NCBI GenBank assembly: GCA_039586795.1
Contig: JBDHJS010000076.1
Coordinates: forward strand, 1-21,277
Reading direction: 5' to 3'
DNA from: Gemmatimonadota bacterium
GTDB taxonomy: Bacteria; Gemmatimonadota; Gemmatimonadetes; Palauibacterales; KS3-K002
Length of the DNA stretch: 21,277 nt
Positions 8,732 to 17,304 of the stretch are shown here, in pieces (within the stretch, counting starts at the first letter, position 1; every line of letters begins with the position of its first letter). The position numbers and the translations under genes were made by a program. Under the pieces are notes generated by a model, which saw only the letters and a program-made list of their open reading frames with translations, had not been told where the DNA came from and searched no databases.

Positions 8732-9181
8732 CTACCTCCTCTCGCGCCTAGCCCGGCTCTCCTTGTCCGTGTGGAAGAAGACCCGTACGGCGTTTGCCTC
8801 GCGTAGCTGCTCCGTCACCGCGTTCACGAATCGATACGGAACATCCCGGTCACCGCGAATCGAGACCAGCAGGCGGCGGTCTGTATCCCTGTAATGCGGA
8901 AGAACCGTAGCGCCCACCATGTCCATCGGTATCCGGCTGTCGTTTATATACACCGCGCCGTCAGGTTCGATCCAGACGTGCAGTATGTTCTTACGCCTCT
9001 CGTCCATCTTCTGGGTCTCTGCCGCCTTCGGGAACGTCAGGTGGCGGTCCTGCTCGCGCCGGAACGTCGTCGAGACCATGAAGAAGATGAGAAGCAGAAA
9101 GGCGATATCCGCCATCGATGCCGTGGGGATCTCGCTCGCTACTTTCGACTTACGCTCAAATGGCCCGCCCTTCCCAGCCAT
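8732..9181 (-). CDS. exbD: Biopolymer transporter ExbD/TolR family
   Basis: IPTASMADIAFLLLIFFMV TM segment with the conserved Asp; IRGDRDVPY periplasmic motif. Confidence 0.9.
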   Translation of the reverse strand: MAGKGGPFERKSKVASEIPTASMADIAFLLLIFFMVSTTFRREQDRHLTFPKAAETQKMDERRKNILHVWIEPDGAVYINDSRIPMDMVGATVLPHYRDTDRRLLVSIRGDRDVPYRFVNAVTEQLREANAVRVFFHTDKESRARRERR

Positions 9182-9185
9182 ATAG

Positions 9186-9611
9186 CTACCTCTCCCAAAG
9201 CTGTAGAGAAATCCGCTCGGCGTTCGCCGCCTGCAGCCCGTTCAGCACTGCAATCATGTGCCGATAGGGGGCGTCCGGCGCTGTCTTCACCGCCGCGATG
9301 ATCTGAGGATTATCGGCGATCTCCTGCCGCATGATCCCCTCGATCTCGCTCTGTCCGACCATCTGTTCCGACTGGCTTTCACCGCGTCGGATGGCCACCG
9401 TGCCGTCCTCGTTGACGAGGAAGTGGATGATGTTGCTTTGCGAAACCTCCACCTGCTCGGCCGCGGCCTCGGGCAAAACGATCGGCAGCCCCTTCTCTTC
9501 CTCGAACACCGTAGTTGTCAGGAAGAAGATGAGCAGCAGGAACGCGATGTCCGCCATCGATGCGGTGGGGATCTCGTCGCTTACCTTGCTTTTCCTATTT
9601 AGCAGAGCCAT
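9186..9611 (-). CDS. exbD: Biopolymer transporter ExbD/TolR family (second copy)
   Basis: IPTASMADIAFLLLIFFLTTT TM segment; APDAPYRHMIAVL motif. Confidence 0.9.
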   Translation of the reverse strand: MALLNRKSKVSDEIPTASMADIAFLLLIFFLTTTVFEEEKGLPIVLPEAAAEQVEVSQSNIIHFLVNEDGTVAIRRGESQSEQMVGQSEIEGIMRQEIADNPQIIAAVKTAPDAPYRHMIAVLNGLQAANAERISLQLWER

Positions 9612-9634
9612 GACGTGGCTTCCTCTTGCTCGGC

Positions 9635-10276
9635 CTAGCTGCCGGGACTCGACATATCGAGCACGATATCCGCGCCGCGGTCCATGTCGATAATCAGCTG
9701 GTCAATACGCGTAACAAAGAAGTTATAGGCGATGTTTACCGGGATCGCGATGGTCAGTCCGGTCGCCGTAGTGATGAGAGCGACCTTGATTCCGCCGGCG
9801 ACCAGAGAGGCCTCGATCTGACCCGCCTCTGCAACGGCGCCGAACGCGGTGATCATGCCGGCCACCGTGCCGAGGAACCCGAGCATGGGCGCAACATTCG
9901 CGATCGTCGCCAATACCACCATGCCCCGCTCGAGGAAACCGAGCTCGATCGCACCGGTCGTCTGAACCGCCTTCTCGATGTCCTTGTCGCTCTGCGCCGC
10001 ATCGCGAACCCGCCTCAGACCCGACGACAGAATGGCGGCCACCGGCCCCTGAGTCTCATCCGCCATCTGTATGACGGATTTAATCGCATCCGGCCGGTTC
10101 GGTGTTGCGGCCACTTCCTCCAGCAGCTTCTTGCTATCTCGGTGGGCGACGAAAAGGAGGTAGAACTTGGCGATCATGACGCCCAGCGCCAGCAGCGAAC
10201 AGAGCACCAGGAAGTACATGAAGATTCCGCCATCCTTGAACAACTCGAGGAGAGCGTACTGGGCTTCCGTCTGCAA
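9635..10276 (-). CDS. exbB: MotA/TolQ/ExbB proton channel protein
   Basis: GGIFM TM1, APMLGFLGTVAGMI, GIKVALITTATGL.IAIP; TTG start with GAGGT upstream. Confidence 0.92.
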   Translation of the reverse strand: MQTEAQYALLELFKDGGIFMYFLVLCSLLALGVMIAKFYLLFVAHRDSKKLLEEVAATPNRPDAIKSVIQMADETQGPVAAILSSGLRRVRDAAQSDKDIEKAVQTTGAIELGFLERGMVVLATIANVAPMLGFLGTVAGMITAFGAVAEAGQIEASLVAGGIKVALITTATGLTIAIPVNIAYNFFVTRIDQLIIDMDRGADIVLDMSSPGS

Positions 10277-10337
10277 GGGGAACCTCGCTGTTCCGGTAGT
10301 GATCTGACCCTGAAATTTCGAATATTCTTAAACAAAA

Positions 10338-10366
10338 AGACTAAGATGCCGGCGTGCTCCTGTCAA
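10338..10366 (-). promoter_or_regulatory. Putative sigma70 promoter for exbB-exbD-exbD-tonB, inside the cdaA 3' end
   Basis: Perfect TTGACA (10366-10361), 17 nt, TAGTCT (10343-10338), followed by an AT-rich stretch. Confidence 0.6.
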
Positions 10367-11210
10367 CGAGACTCAGCTCCCCAGATCCCGCACCACCGGG
10401 TGCCGCCGGCTGAGCGGCTCCCGAAGCCGTGACCAGCTGGGGCCGCGCCGCCTTGGTGCCTAGCGCCTCCCTGAGGCGCTCCCCGGACACGTTTCGCTCC
10501 AGCCTGCCCCGCTCGGCCAACGAGATGGCGCCCGTCTCCTCCGAGACGACGATCACCAGGGCGTCCGTTTCCTCCGAGAGGCCGATCGCCGCGCGATGCC
10601 TTGTCCCGAGACTACGATCGGTTACCGGGAACTGCGTCAGTGGGAGGATGCAGCGAGCAGCCAGGATGTTCTCACCCCGAATGATCGCTGCACCGTCATG
10701 AAGCGGACCGTAGAGAGTGAAGATTGCTTCCAGGAGCTCCGGAGTCATCGGTGCGTTCACGGCAGCGCCCTTCCGCGCGTACTCGTCGAGGCCGATATCG
10801 CGTTCCACAACGAAGATCGCCCCGATCCGCTTGCGGGCCAGCGTCTCGCTGGCCTGGGCAAGTCCCTCGAGCGCCGCCGACCGCTGCTCGGGTCGCGACA
10901 GATAGCGCCAGAAGCGGTTCTGGCCGAGCCGCGTCAACGCCGCCCGCAGCTCCGGCTGAAAGATGATGATCGCCGCCAGAACACCGTAGGTGAACACGAA
11001 GCCCAACAAGTAGCGAAGTAGCTCCAGCTGCAGAACTTCCGCCAGGGCATAAGCGGCAAAGAGCAGAATCAGGCCAGACAGCATCTGCAGCGCCCGCGTA
11101 CCGGCCAACAGCAGAAGCATGCGGTAGAACAAGAACGCGACCACCGCGATCTGAAACAGGTCCCATAGATCGGGCCTGAGGAAGCTGATTCGCTCAATCA
11201 GACTCTGCAC
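10341..11210 (-). CDS. cdaA: Diadenylate cyclase CdaA/DacA
   Basis: Three N-terminal TM helices, IIIFQPELR, catalytic HDGA and GTRHRAA motifs, VVSEETG. Confidence 0.95.
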   Translation of the reverse strand: MQSLIERISFLRPDLWDLFQIAVVAFLFYRMLLLLAGTRALQMLSGLILLFAAYALAEVLQLELLRYLLGFVFTYGVLAAIIIFQPELRAALTRLGQNRFWRYLSRPEQRSAALEGLAQASETLARKRIGAIFVVERDIGLDEYARKGAAVNAPMTPELLEAIFTLYGPLHDGAAIIRGENILAARCILPLTQFPVTDRSLGTRHRAAIGLSEETDALVIVVSEETGAISLAERGRLERNVSGERLREALGTKAARPQLVTASGAAQPAAPGGAGSGELSLVDRSTPAS

Positions 11211-11217
11211 GTCACCT

Positions 11218-12036
11218 CTACCTAGCTATCGCCTCCGCCATATCCAGCGCACGTCGGGCCGCCGCTACATCGTGTACTCGGAAGATCCGAGCTCCCCGAA
11301 GCAGAGCGATCACGCATGCCGCCAAAGTCGCTTCCAACCTGTCCTCCACATCCAGCCCCAACGTCTTCCCGATGAACGACTTGCGCGACGGACCAATCAA
11401 GACCGGGTACCCGAGCCCGGCGATCCGATCCAGCCGATCGATCAGAACCAGGTTCTGCTCCGCCGTCTTGCCGAAGCCTATCCCCGGATCGACGACGATC
11501 TGGTCCGCTTCGCACCCTGCCGCGAGAGCGCTTTCCGCGGATTCACCAAGCTCCGCCACGATCTCGCCCAGCAGATCATCATAGTGGATATCCTGCTGCA
11601 TCGTTCGCGGCTTGCCCCGGATGTGCATGAGCACCAACCCGGCGCCCGACTCGGCTGCGACGGCGGCCAACTCGTCATCAAAGCGTAACCCGGAGATATC
11701 GTTTACGATCTCCGCCCCCGCTTCCAGCGCCACCCGCGCCACCTCCGACTTTGTCGTGTCGATCGAGATCGGGAGATCGATTCGCTCTGCGGCCGCCTCG
11801 ATCGCCGGTATCACACGGCGAAGCTCTTCGCTAACGGTTACCGGGTCCGACCCCGGACGAGTAGACTCGCCGCCTATGTCTATAACGTCGGCACCCTGGG
11901 CTCTGAGTTCCTCCAGGCGCCGAACCGCGTCATCTGGCTTGAAGAAGCGACCGCCGTCCGAAAAAGAATCCGGCGTGATGTTCAGAATGCCCATCAACAC
12001 CGGATTCTCGAGGCTCGCCACCTTCTCAGCGCTCAT
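11218..12036 (-). CDS. folP: Dihydropteroate synthase
   Basis: MGILNITPDSFSDGG, IDIGGESTRPG, SIDT, DPGIGFGK, SRKSFI, RVHDV; start overlaps the ftsH stop (ATGA). Confidence 0.97.
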   Translation of the reverse strand: MSAEKVASLENPVLMGILNITPDSFSDGGRFFKPDDAVRRLEELRAQGADVIDIGGESTRPGSDPVTVSEELRRVIPAIEAAAERIDLPISIDTTKSEVARVALEAGAEIVNDISGLRFDDELAAVAAESGAGLVLMHIRGKPRTMQQDIHYDDLLGEIVAELGESAESALAAGCEADQIVVDPGIGFGKTAEQNLVLIDRLDRIAGLGYPVLIGPSRKSFIGKTLGLDVEDRLEATLAACVIALLRGARIFRVHDVAAARRALDMAEAIAR

Positions 12037-14075
12037 CTCGATGTCTCGGGCTTCGTCGCTTCCCCTTTCGAGCTCTTCGCCACCGTAGCTGGCTCGCGCT
12101 TTTCGTCAGTTCCGCCAGCCTCTGCTTTGGCGGAAGAGCCGCGGGCTGGGCTCCCGTTGCCTGCATCGTCGGCGTCTTTGCCGCCCTTGTTCGCCCTCTC
12201 CTCGGGAAGCGGCGGCAACTCTTTACCGTCAAACACGATCTGGATTTCGTCCGAGTCGAGCGTCTCCCGCTCGAGCAAGGCGTTCGCCAGAATGTGCAGC
12301 TTGTCGGTATTACCCTTGATCAAGCGAGAAGCGGACGCGTAGGCCTCATCGAGCAACGCACGAATCTCGTTGTCCACCATCTGCGTCATCTGCTCGCTCA
12401 CGTCCCGACGCTCCATGATCTCGCGGCCCAGGAAAATTTCCTCGCCCCGGTCGCCCACGTTCATCGGTCCGACCTGGTCCGACATTCCCCACTCGGTGAT
12501 CATGCGCCGCGCCAGCGCCGTGGCTCGTTCGATATCGTTGCCGGCTCCGGTAGTGATCTTCTCGGCGCCGAAGATCAGCTCTTCGGCAACCCGCCCACCG
12601 TAGGCATAAACCAGCTGCGCTTTCAGATACTGTTTCGAGTAGTTGTGCCGATCGTCCTCGGGCATCGAGAAGGTGAGCCCCAAAGCCCTGCCCCGCGGCA
12701 CGATCGTGACCTTGTGCAATGGATCGCAATCGGGCGTGTAGTACGCAGCCACGGCATGACCCGCTTCGTGGTACGCCGTCAGCTTTCGCTCCTCCTCGCT
12801 GATCACCATGCTGCGCCGCTCTGCACCGAGAAGCACTCGGTCCTTCGCCTCTTCCAGGTCGGTCATCTCGACCCGGTCTTTGTCTCGGCGGGCGGCCAGC
12901 AGCGCCGCTTCATTTACCATATTCGCCAGGTCAGCACCGCTCATGCCGGGCGTTGCCTTGGACAGCTTGACGATGTCGACGTCATCGCTGAGCGGGATCT
13001 TTCGCGTGTGCACCTTTAGAATGCCCTCGCGTCCCTTCACGTCAGGGGCATCGACGACGATCTGTCTGTCGAAGCGACCGGGACGTAGCAACGCCGGATC
13101 GAGCACGTCCGGCCTATTCGTGGCCGCGATAAGTATCACACCTTCGTTCGACTCAAAGCCATCCATCTCGACCAAGAGCTGATTGAGCGTCTGCTCGCGC
13201 TCATCGTGGCCACCGCCCAAACCGGCGCCCCGGTGTCGTCCCACCGCATCGAGCTCGTCGATGAAGATGATGCACGGCGCATGTACTTTCCCCTGCTCGA
13301 ACAAGTCGCGGACCCGCGAGGCGCCGACACCGACGAACATCTCCACGAAATCCGAACCCGACATACTGAAGAACGGCCGTGAAGCCTCGCCTGCGACGGC
13401 CTTCGCCAGCAGGGTCTTGCCCGTGCCCGGAGGCCCGACTAACAGCGCGCCCTTCGGCAGCCGCCCGCCGAGCCGCGTGAACTTGGAGGGCTCTTTCAGG
13501 AACTCAATCGTCTCCCTCAGCTCCTCCTTCGCTTCCTCACATCCCGCTACATCTGTAAACGTCAGCTTCGGCGTGTCACCCGACAGGAGTTTCGCTTTCG
13601 ACTTCCCGAACGAAAACGCTCGCGCTCCCCCGGCCTGCATCTGCCTCAACCAGAACAGCATCAGCCCGAAGAGGAAGATCCACGGCAGCACGCTGACCAG
13701 CAGGCCTCCCCAATTCGTTCGCGCTTCCTCTGCCTCGATCGCGACGTCGCTCGCCTCCAACCGGGCGAGCAATTCCTCTCCCGCCAACGCCGGAACCTTC
13801 GTCCAGAATTCGCGGTTGCCGTCCGCATCGACCGGCGCCCGTAACTCGCCTTCAATCTGATTGTTGTCGATGATCGTGACTTTGAGGACGTTGCCCTGCT
13901 CCAACTCGCCAAGGAACTGGGTATAGCCCAGCTCGTTCATATCCCGACGCGAACTGCCGACAAGCTGGATGACAACGAACGGCACTACCAGGATGAGCAC
14001 CCAGAACGCCAGGTTCTTCGACATCCGGCCAAAGCGAGATTGTGGCTCGCCGCGGTTCGGGTTCACATCCGACAT
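12033..14075 (-). CDS. ftsH: ATP-dependent zinc metalloprotease FtsH
   Basis: Two TM helices, Walker A GPPGTGKT, Walker [26 protein letters not shown] zinc motif. Confidence 0.98.
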   Translation of the reverse strand: MSDVNPNRGEPQSRFGRMSKNLAFWVLILVVPFVVIQLVGSSRRDMNELGYTQFLGELEQGNVLKVTIIDNNQIEGELRAPVDADGNREFWTKVPALAGEELLARLEASDVAIEAEEARTNWGGLLVSVLPWIFLFGLMLFWLRQMQAGGARAFSFGKSKAKLLSGDTPKLTFTDVAGCEEAKEELRETIEFLKEPSKFTRLGGRLPKGALLVGPPGTGKTLLAKAVAGEASRPFFSMSGSDFVEMFVGVGASRVRDLFEQGKVHAPCIIFIDELDAVGRHRGAGLGGGHDEREQTLNQLLVEMDGFESNEGVILIAATNRPDVLDPALLRPGRFDRQIVVDAPDVKGREGILKVHTRKIPLSDDVDIVKLSKATPGMSGADLANMVNEAALLAARRDKDRVEMTDLEEAKDRVLLGAERRSMVISEEERKLTAYHEAGHAVAAYYTPDCDPLHKVTIVPRGRALGLTFSMPEDDRHNYSKQYLKAQLVYAYGGRVAEELIFGAEKITTGAGNDIERATALARRMITEWGMSDQVGPMNVGDRGEEIFLGREIMERRDVSEQMTQMVDNEIRALLDEAYASASRLIKGNTDKLHILANALLERETLDSDEIQIVFDGKELPPLPEERANKGGKDADDAGNGSPARGSSAKAEAGGTDEKREPATVAKSSKGEATKPETSR

Positions 14076-14077
14076 AT

Positions 14078-14647
14078 CTATAGACCTCTCTCATCCCCGG
14101 TGGCGACCGCCCCGACGAATGGCAGGTGACGGTACCGCTCGCCAAGATCAAGCCCGTACCCGACCAACCACTCCGCCGGCGCATCGAAGCCGACCCAACG
14201 GGGTTCATATTTGAGCTCGGTGGCGATGTGCTTGTGCAGGAACGCGCAAAGCTCTATGGAGCGCGGCTTCCTGGCACTCAGTACATCTCCTACACGGTTC
14301 AACGTCTTACCGCTATCTACGATGTCCTCCACCAACAATACATGACGCCCTTCGATCGGCTCTCTCACGTCCTCGAGCAGCTGTACCTCACGCCTCGAAT
14401 CCGTTCCGTCCCCGTACAACGCGGCCGTGATGAAGTCGACGATCACGGTGGACCGTTCTAGCGCTCGCACCAAGTCGCTCGTGAACACGAACGCACCCTT
14501 CAACAAGCCGATGACCAGTAGCTCCTCGTCGGCTGGGTAGTGCGAGTCTATTTCAACAGCCAACTCGCTCACCCGCGCGGCGATCTGCTCTTCACTGAAG
14601 ACGACGCGCTCAATACCTGGATAGCTAACGGCAATCTCGCTCATCAC
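14078..14647 (-). CDS. hpt: Hypoxanthine phosphoribosyltransferase
   Basis: LLKGAFVF, PRPP-binding VLLVEDIVDSGKTL, VGYGLD...YRHLP; canonical tilS-hpt-ftsH order. Confidence 0.93.
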   Translation of the reverse strand: MMSEIAVSYPGIERVVFSEEQIAARVSELAVEIDSHYPADEELLVIGLLKGAFVFTSDLVRALERSTVIVDFITAALYGDGTDSRREVQLLEDVREPIEGRHVLLVEDIVDSGKTLNRVGDVLSARKPRSIELCAFLHKHIATELKYEPRWVGFDAPAEWLVGYGLDLGERYRHLPFVGAVATGDERGL

Positions 14648-16035
14648 TCGCGACTCAACCGGACCGATAAAACCTGGTCGTTACCCTCCGGCACTGCCCT
14701 CTCGCTCTTCACCAGGCCGACCACCCAAAGCACGCCATCCCCGTCGACCAGCAAAGGCAGCTTCCCACGACTACCTCGCCCCACCCGCCGGTCCACGAAG
14801 AGCTTCTTCAGCTTTCGTGTGCCGCCGCATAGCTGGATCCTGTCGCCAGGTCTCCAGCCCCGCACGGTCAGCGGTTGGCGCAAAGCGGAGACAGCGAAAG
14901 AACCGACCTCCGCCGCGCCGGGTTCCTCCTCCGCCGTGCCTCCGACAGCCCAATCGACCCGCCAGCTTTCGCCGCCGATCTCCACATGGCCCGTGCCAAG
15001 TGGACCGGCCACGGCCAATACTCCGTCACCGGGCGCTGGCGAATCGCCGTGCCGCTCGATGATGATACGATCGAACTCACGGCGTATTCCTACCCCGCCG
15101 GCAAGGTCGATCCCACGCCCGCTTCTACCTGTATTGATAAACTCGAGGGCGACGCGCGTTCCGACCCGACCCGGGTGCGGACCCACGCGCCCGGCGAGCG
15201 CGCGCAACAGGTGTGCCCGAGCGGTTGTATCATAGGCGAGCAACCCCTTATGTGCAACTATTATGCGGCTTTCCGAGCTTTCCAGGATGAGTTCGGTCAG
15301 CTTCTCTTCTGTAACCTTGCCCACCGCGTCCGCCGCCCGGCTCGCCAGTCCCGCTAGCCGATGGAGCTGCTCGCGAATATCCGGGTGACCCCCGGCTTCC
15401 AGAGCCGGAATCGCCTCGTTGCGGATACGATTCCGCGCGAAACTCGGGTCGCGATTTGTCGGATCGTCCAGGTATTCGAGTCGACGCCCGTGCGCGTACT
15501 CCTGAATCTCGCGGCGCCAGTACGGAAGCAGTGGACGAACGATCCCGGGGCTACGTCGCGCCGGGATTCCGCCCAGACCCGCCAGCCCTGTTCCCCGCAG
15601 AAGTCTAAACAGGACCGTCTCGGCCTGATCGTCCGCCTGGTGTGCCGTGGCCAGCAGCTCTGAACCGAGTTCGAGGCGAGCCTCATCTAAGAAGGCGTAA
15701 CGAAGATCCCGCGCCGCTGCCTCGCCGGCCGGCACAGTCTGCGCCCTCCCAAGACGACACTCGACGCCTCGCTCCTCACAATGCTGCCGCACCCACATAG
15801 CGTCGTGACTGCTGTTCTCCCGCATACGGTGGTCGAAGTGAGCGGCAGAGATCGTCCAGCTCCACCGCTGCGCCAGCGACTGTAACAGATCTAGGAGCAC
15901 GACCGAGTCGAGACCACCGGACAAGGCTACCGTGACGTGAGCTCGCTCTGGCACGAGGCTGGTCGCTCGTAGACGCGCCTCCAGCCTGGCTGCCAGTCCA
16001 ATCTCTTCGCCCAGCACCAACGTCTTGGCCCTCAT
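14644..16035 (-). CDS. tilS: tRNA(Ile)-lysidine synthetase
   Basis: PP-loop SGGLDS, HFDH, ARDLRY, AHQADDQAET, RPLL, DPTN...RNRIR, C-terminal RKLKKLF domain. Confidence 0.96.
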   Translation of the reverse strand: MRAKTLVLGEEIGLAARLEARLRATSLVPERAHVTVALSGGLDSVVLLDLLQSLAQRWSWTISAAHFDHRMRENSSHDAMWVRQHCEERGVECRLGRAQTVPAGEAAARDLRYAFLDEARLELGSELLATAHQADDQAETVLFRLLRGTGLAGLGGIPARRSPGIVRPLLPYWRREIQEYAHGRRLEYLDDPTNRDPSFARNRIRNEAIPALEAGGHPDIREQLHRLAGLASRAADAVGKVTEEKLTELILESSESRIIVAHKGLLAYDTTARAHLLRALAGRVGPHPGRVGTRVALEFINTGRSGRGIDLAGGVGIRREFDRIIIERHGDSPAPGDGVLAVAGPLGTGHVEIGGESWRVDWAVGGTAEEEPGAAEVGSFAVSALRQPLTVRGWRPGDRIQLCGGTRKLKKLFVDRRVGRGSRGKLPLLVDGDGVLWVVGLVKSERAVPEGNDQVLSVRLSRE

Positions 16036-16087
16036 GTGGTCAAAGATATCTCACCTGCTTTTGCGGCGTAACTCGCGGAACGGGAGC

Positions 16088-16208
16088 CGCCCCGCCAGAT
16101 AGATGTCGGTAGGGACCCTGCGGTGAAACCACCGCGAGGCCTGGTCATCAGGTCTTTACGAATCGACTGAAGCCCCAGCCTTCCTGTTGCTGACCTCGGG
16201 CAGGGGCG
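16088..16208 (-). ncRNA. Candidate structured non-coding RNA or cis-regulatory element (family not recognised)
   Basis: Nested helices found by eye (see findings); G-U pairs favour the minus strand; lies in the 185-bp rpsU-tilS gap. Confidence 0.4.
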
Positions 16209-16220
16209 CTTACGGGCGGG

Positions 16221-16418
16221 CTACCTCGGCGTCGTGCGCCGCGTCCGGCGACTGCGCCGGCGGGCCGCATTGCGTTTACGCTTCCGCGTTTCGCTCGGCT
16301 TCTCGTAGTGCTTCTTTCGCTTGAGATCCGTGAAGATTCCTGCCTTCTGAACCTGCCGCTTGAACCGACGAAGAACTCTCTCGAGATCATCGCCTTCGTT
16401 TACTGTAACCTGAACCAT
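16221..16418 (-). CDS. rpsU: 30S ribosomal protein bS21
   Basis: 65 aa, basic; [16 protein letters not shown]...HYEKPSE.RKRK; strong AAGGAG Shine-Dalgarno. Confidence 0.96.
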   Translation of the reverse strand: MVQVTVNEGDDLERVLRRFKRQVQKAGIFTDLKRKKHYEKPSETRKRKRNAARRRSRRTRRTTPR

Positions 16419-16488
16419 GCTCTCCTTTCCCTCCAGAATCGTCCTGTGCCGCGCTGGTTTCCGGGGGCTGTTTTCCCCCAGAAAAGGG

Positions 16489-16517
16489 ACAATATCCGGG
16501 TGCTAGCACGGTGTCAA
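16489..16517 (-). promoter_or_regulatory. Putative sigma70 promoter for rpsU
   Basis: TTGACA (16517-16512), 17 nt, TATTGT (16494-16489). Confidence 0.7.
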
Positions 16518-16729
16518 CGGGGGTTTGGCCCGATCGGCAAGCTCTTAAATAGCAAGGTCATTCAAGTAAGATGCATAACACAACCTTGCCCTAGCTCTTT
16601 CGCTTGCACCCCCTGACACGCCGCACTACGCGCCGGCGCTTGCATTATGCGGCCGACGGGAGCTGACCGCTGGGGAATGCTCCCGCTGTAAGTCGTTCCG
16701 GCCAGCCCACCTGCGGGTTGCTTGCCGAT

Positions 16730-16745
16730 CGGCATAGAGCTTGCC
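16730..16745 (+). promoter_or_regulatory. Putative sigma54 (-24/-12) promoter for the pilin gene
   Basis: CGGCATAGAGCTTGCC has exact GG-N10-GC spacing with TTGC, about 57 nt upstream of the pilin ATG; sigma54 control of pilA is well known in other bacteria. Confidence 0.65.
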
Positions 16746-16801
16746 CAGCTAGGGGCGATGGAGTGGAGTCCTCAATCTGCCGATGGTCCAGGAGCCCTAA
16801 G

Positions 16802-17233
16802 ATGTATCATAGATTACTCGCCAGACGCCGCAGTGGCGCCTTCGTGTCGCGTTTGGCCGGGTTCACCCTCATCGAACTGCTGATCGTCGTGGTCTTGATC
16901 GGTGTGCTGGCCATGGTTGCCATTCCCCGCTACTCGAATACCCGTCAGAAAGCCTACCGAGCTCAGATGCAGAGCGAACTCCGCAACTTGGTCTCGGCCC
17001 AGGAAACCTACTTCAATGAGCACTACGACTACGCGACTAACATCTCGAATCTCGACATTACTCGGACGCCAAACATCACGATCGAACTTACCGACGTGAA
17101 GACCAGCGGTTGGAGCGCCAAGGCGACCCACGCCTCGTCGCCGGAAGAGTGTGGGATCTATGTTGGTGCCGGAACGCCTCCAGCAGGGATACCGTTGCCA
17201 ACCGAGGGTGGTGTCGGCTGCACGAGGGCCTAG
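16802..17233 (+). CDS. Type IV pilin-like / pseudopilin protein with prepilin cleavage-methylation motif
   Basis: Basic leader then G|FTLIELLIVVVLIGVLAMVAIPRY (Glu5 present); two C-terminal Cys. ATG 16802 has AGGAG upstream and is preferred over TTG 16718. Confidence 0.88.
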   Translation: MYHRLLARRRSGAFVSRLAGFTLIELLIVVVLIGVLAMVAIPRYSNTRQKAYRAQMQSELRNLVSAQETYFNEHYDYATNISNLDITRTPNITIELTDVKTSGWSAKATHASSPEECGIYVGAGTPPAGIPLPTEGGVGCTRA

Positions 17234-17275
17234 CCGCCGACTTTCCTGCCGCGAACACAGCTCCATGATCTTCAT

Positions 17276-17304
17276 CCGGTCTGCCTTCAGCAGACCGGTT
17301 CTTC
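17276..17304 (+). terminator. Hairpin/terminator between the convergent pilin and CPBP genes
   Basis: Perfect 9-bp stem CCGGTCTGC-cttca-GCAGACCGG followed by TTCTT. Confidence 0.65.

Noticed and set aside
16145..16151. CUGAUGA on the minus strand, suggesting a hammerhead ribozyme
   Set aside because: No GAAA follows the downstream stem on that strand and I could not build stems I/III with a cleavage triplet
16088..16215. Assignment of the intergenic RNA to SRP RNA, glmS ribozyme, ZTP riboswitch or tRNA
   Set aside because: Only short fragments resemble these (GGAAGG, AGCGCC, GGUG..CCACC). The full cores and spacing are missing, and the ZTP-like bits are on the strand opposite the downstream genes.
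16148..16390. 80-aa minus-strand ORF overlapping rpsU
   Set aside because: Alternative frame of rpsU with no recognisable motif or ribosome-binding site
16718..16801. N-terminal extension of the pilin ORF from TTG 16718
   Set aside because: It overlaps the predicted sigma54 promoter, whereas ATG 16802 has a proper Shine-Dalgarno
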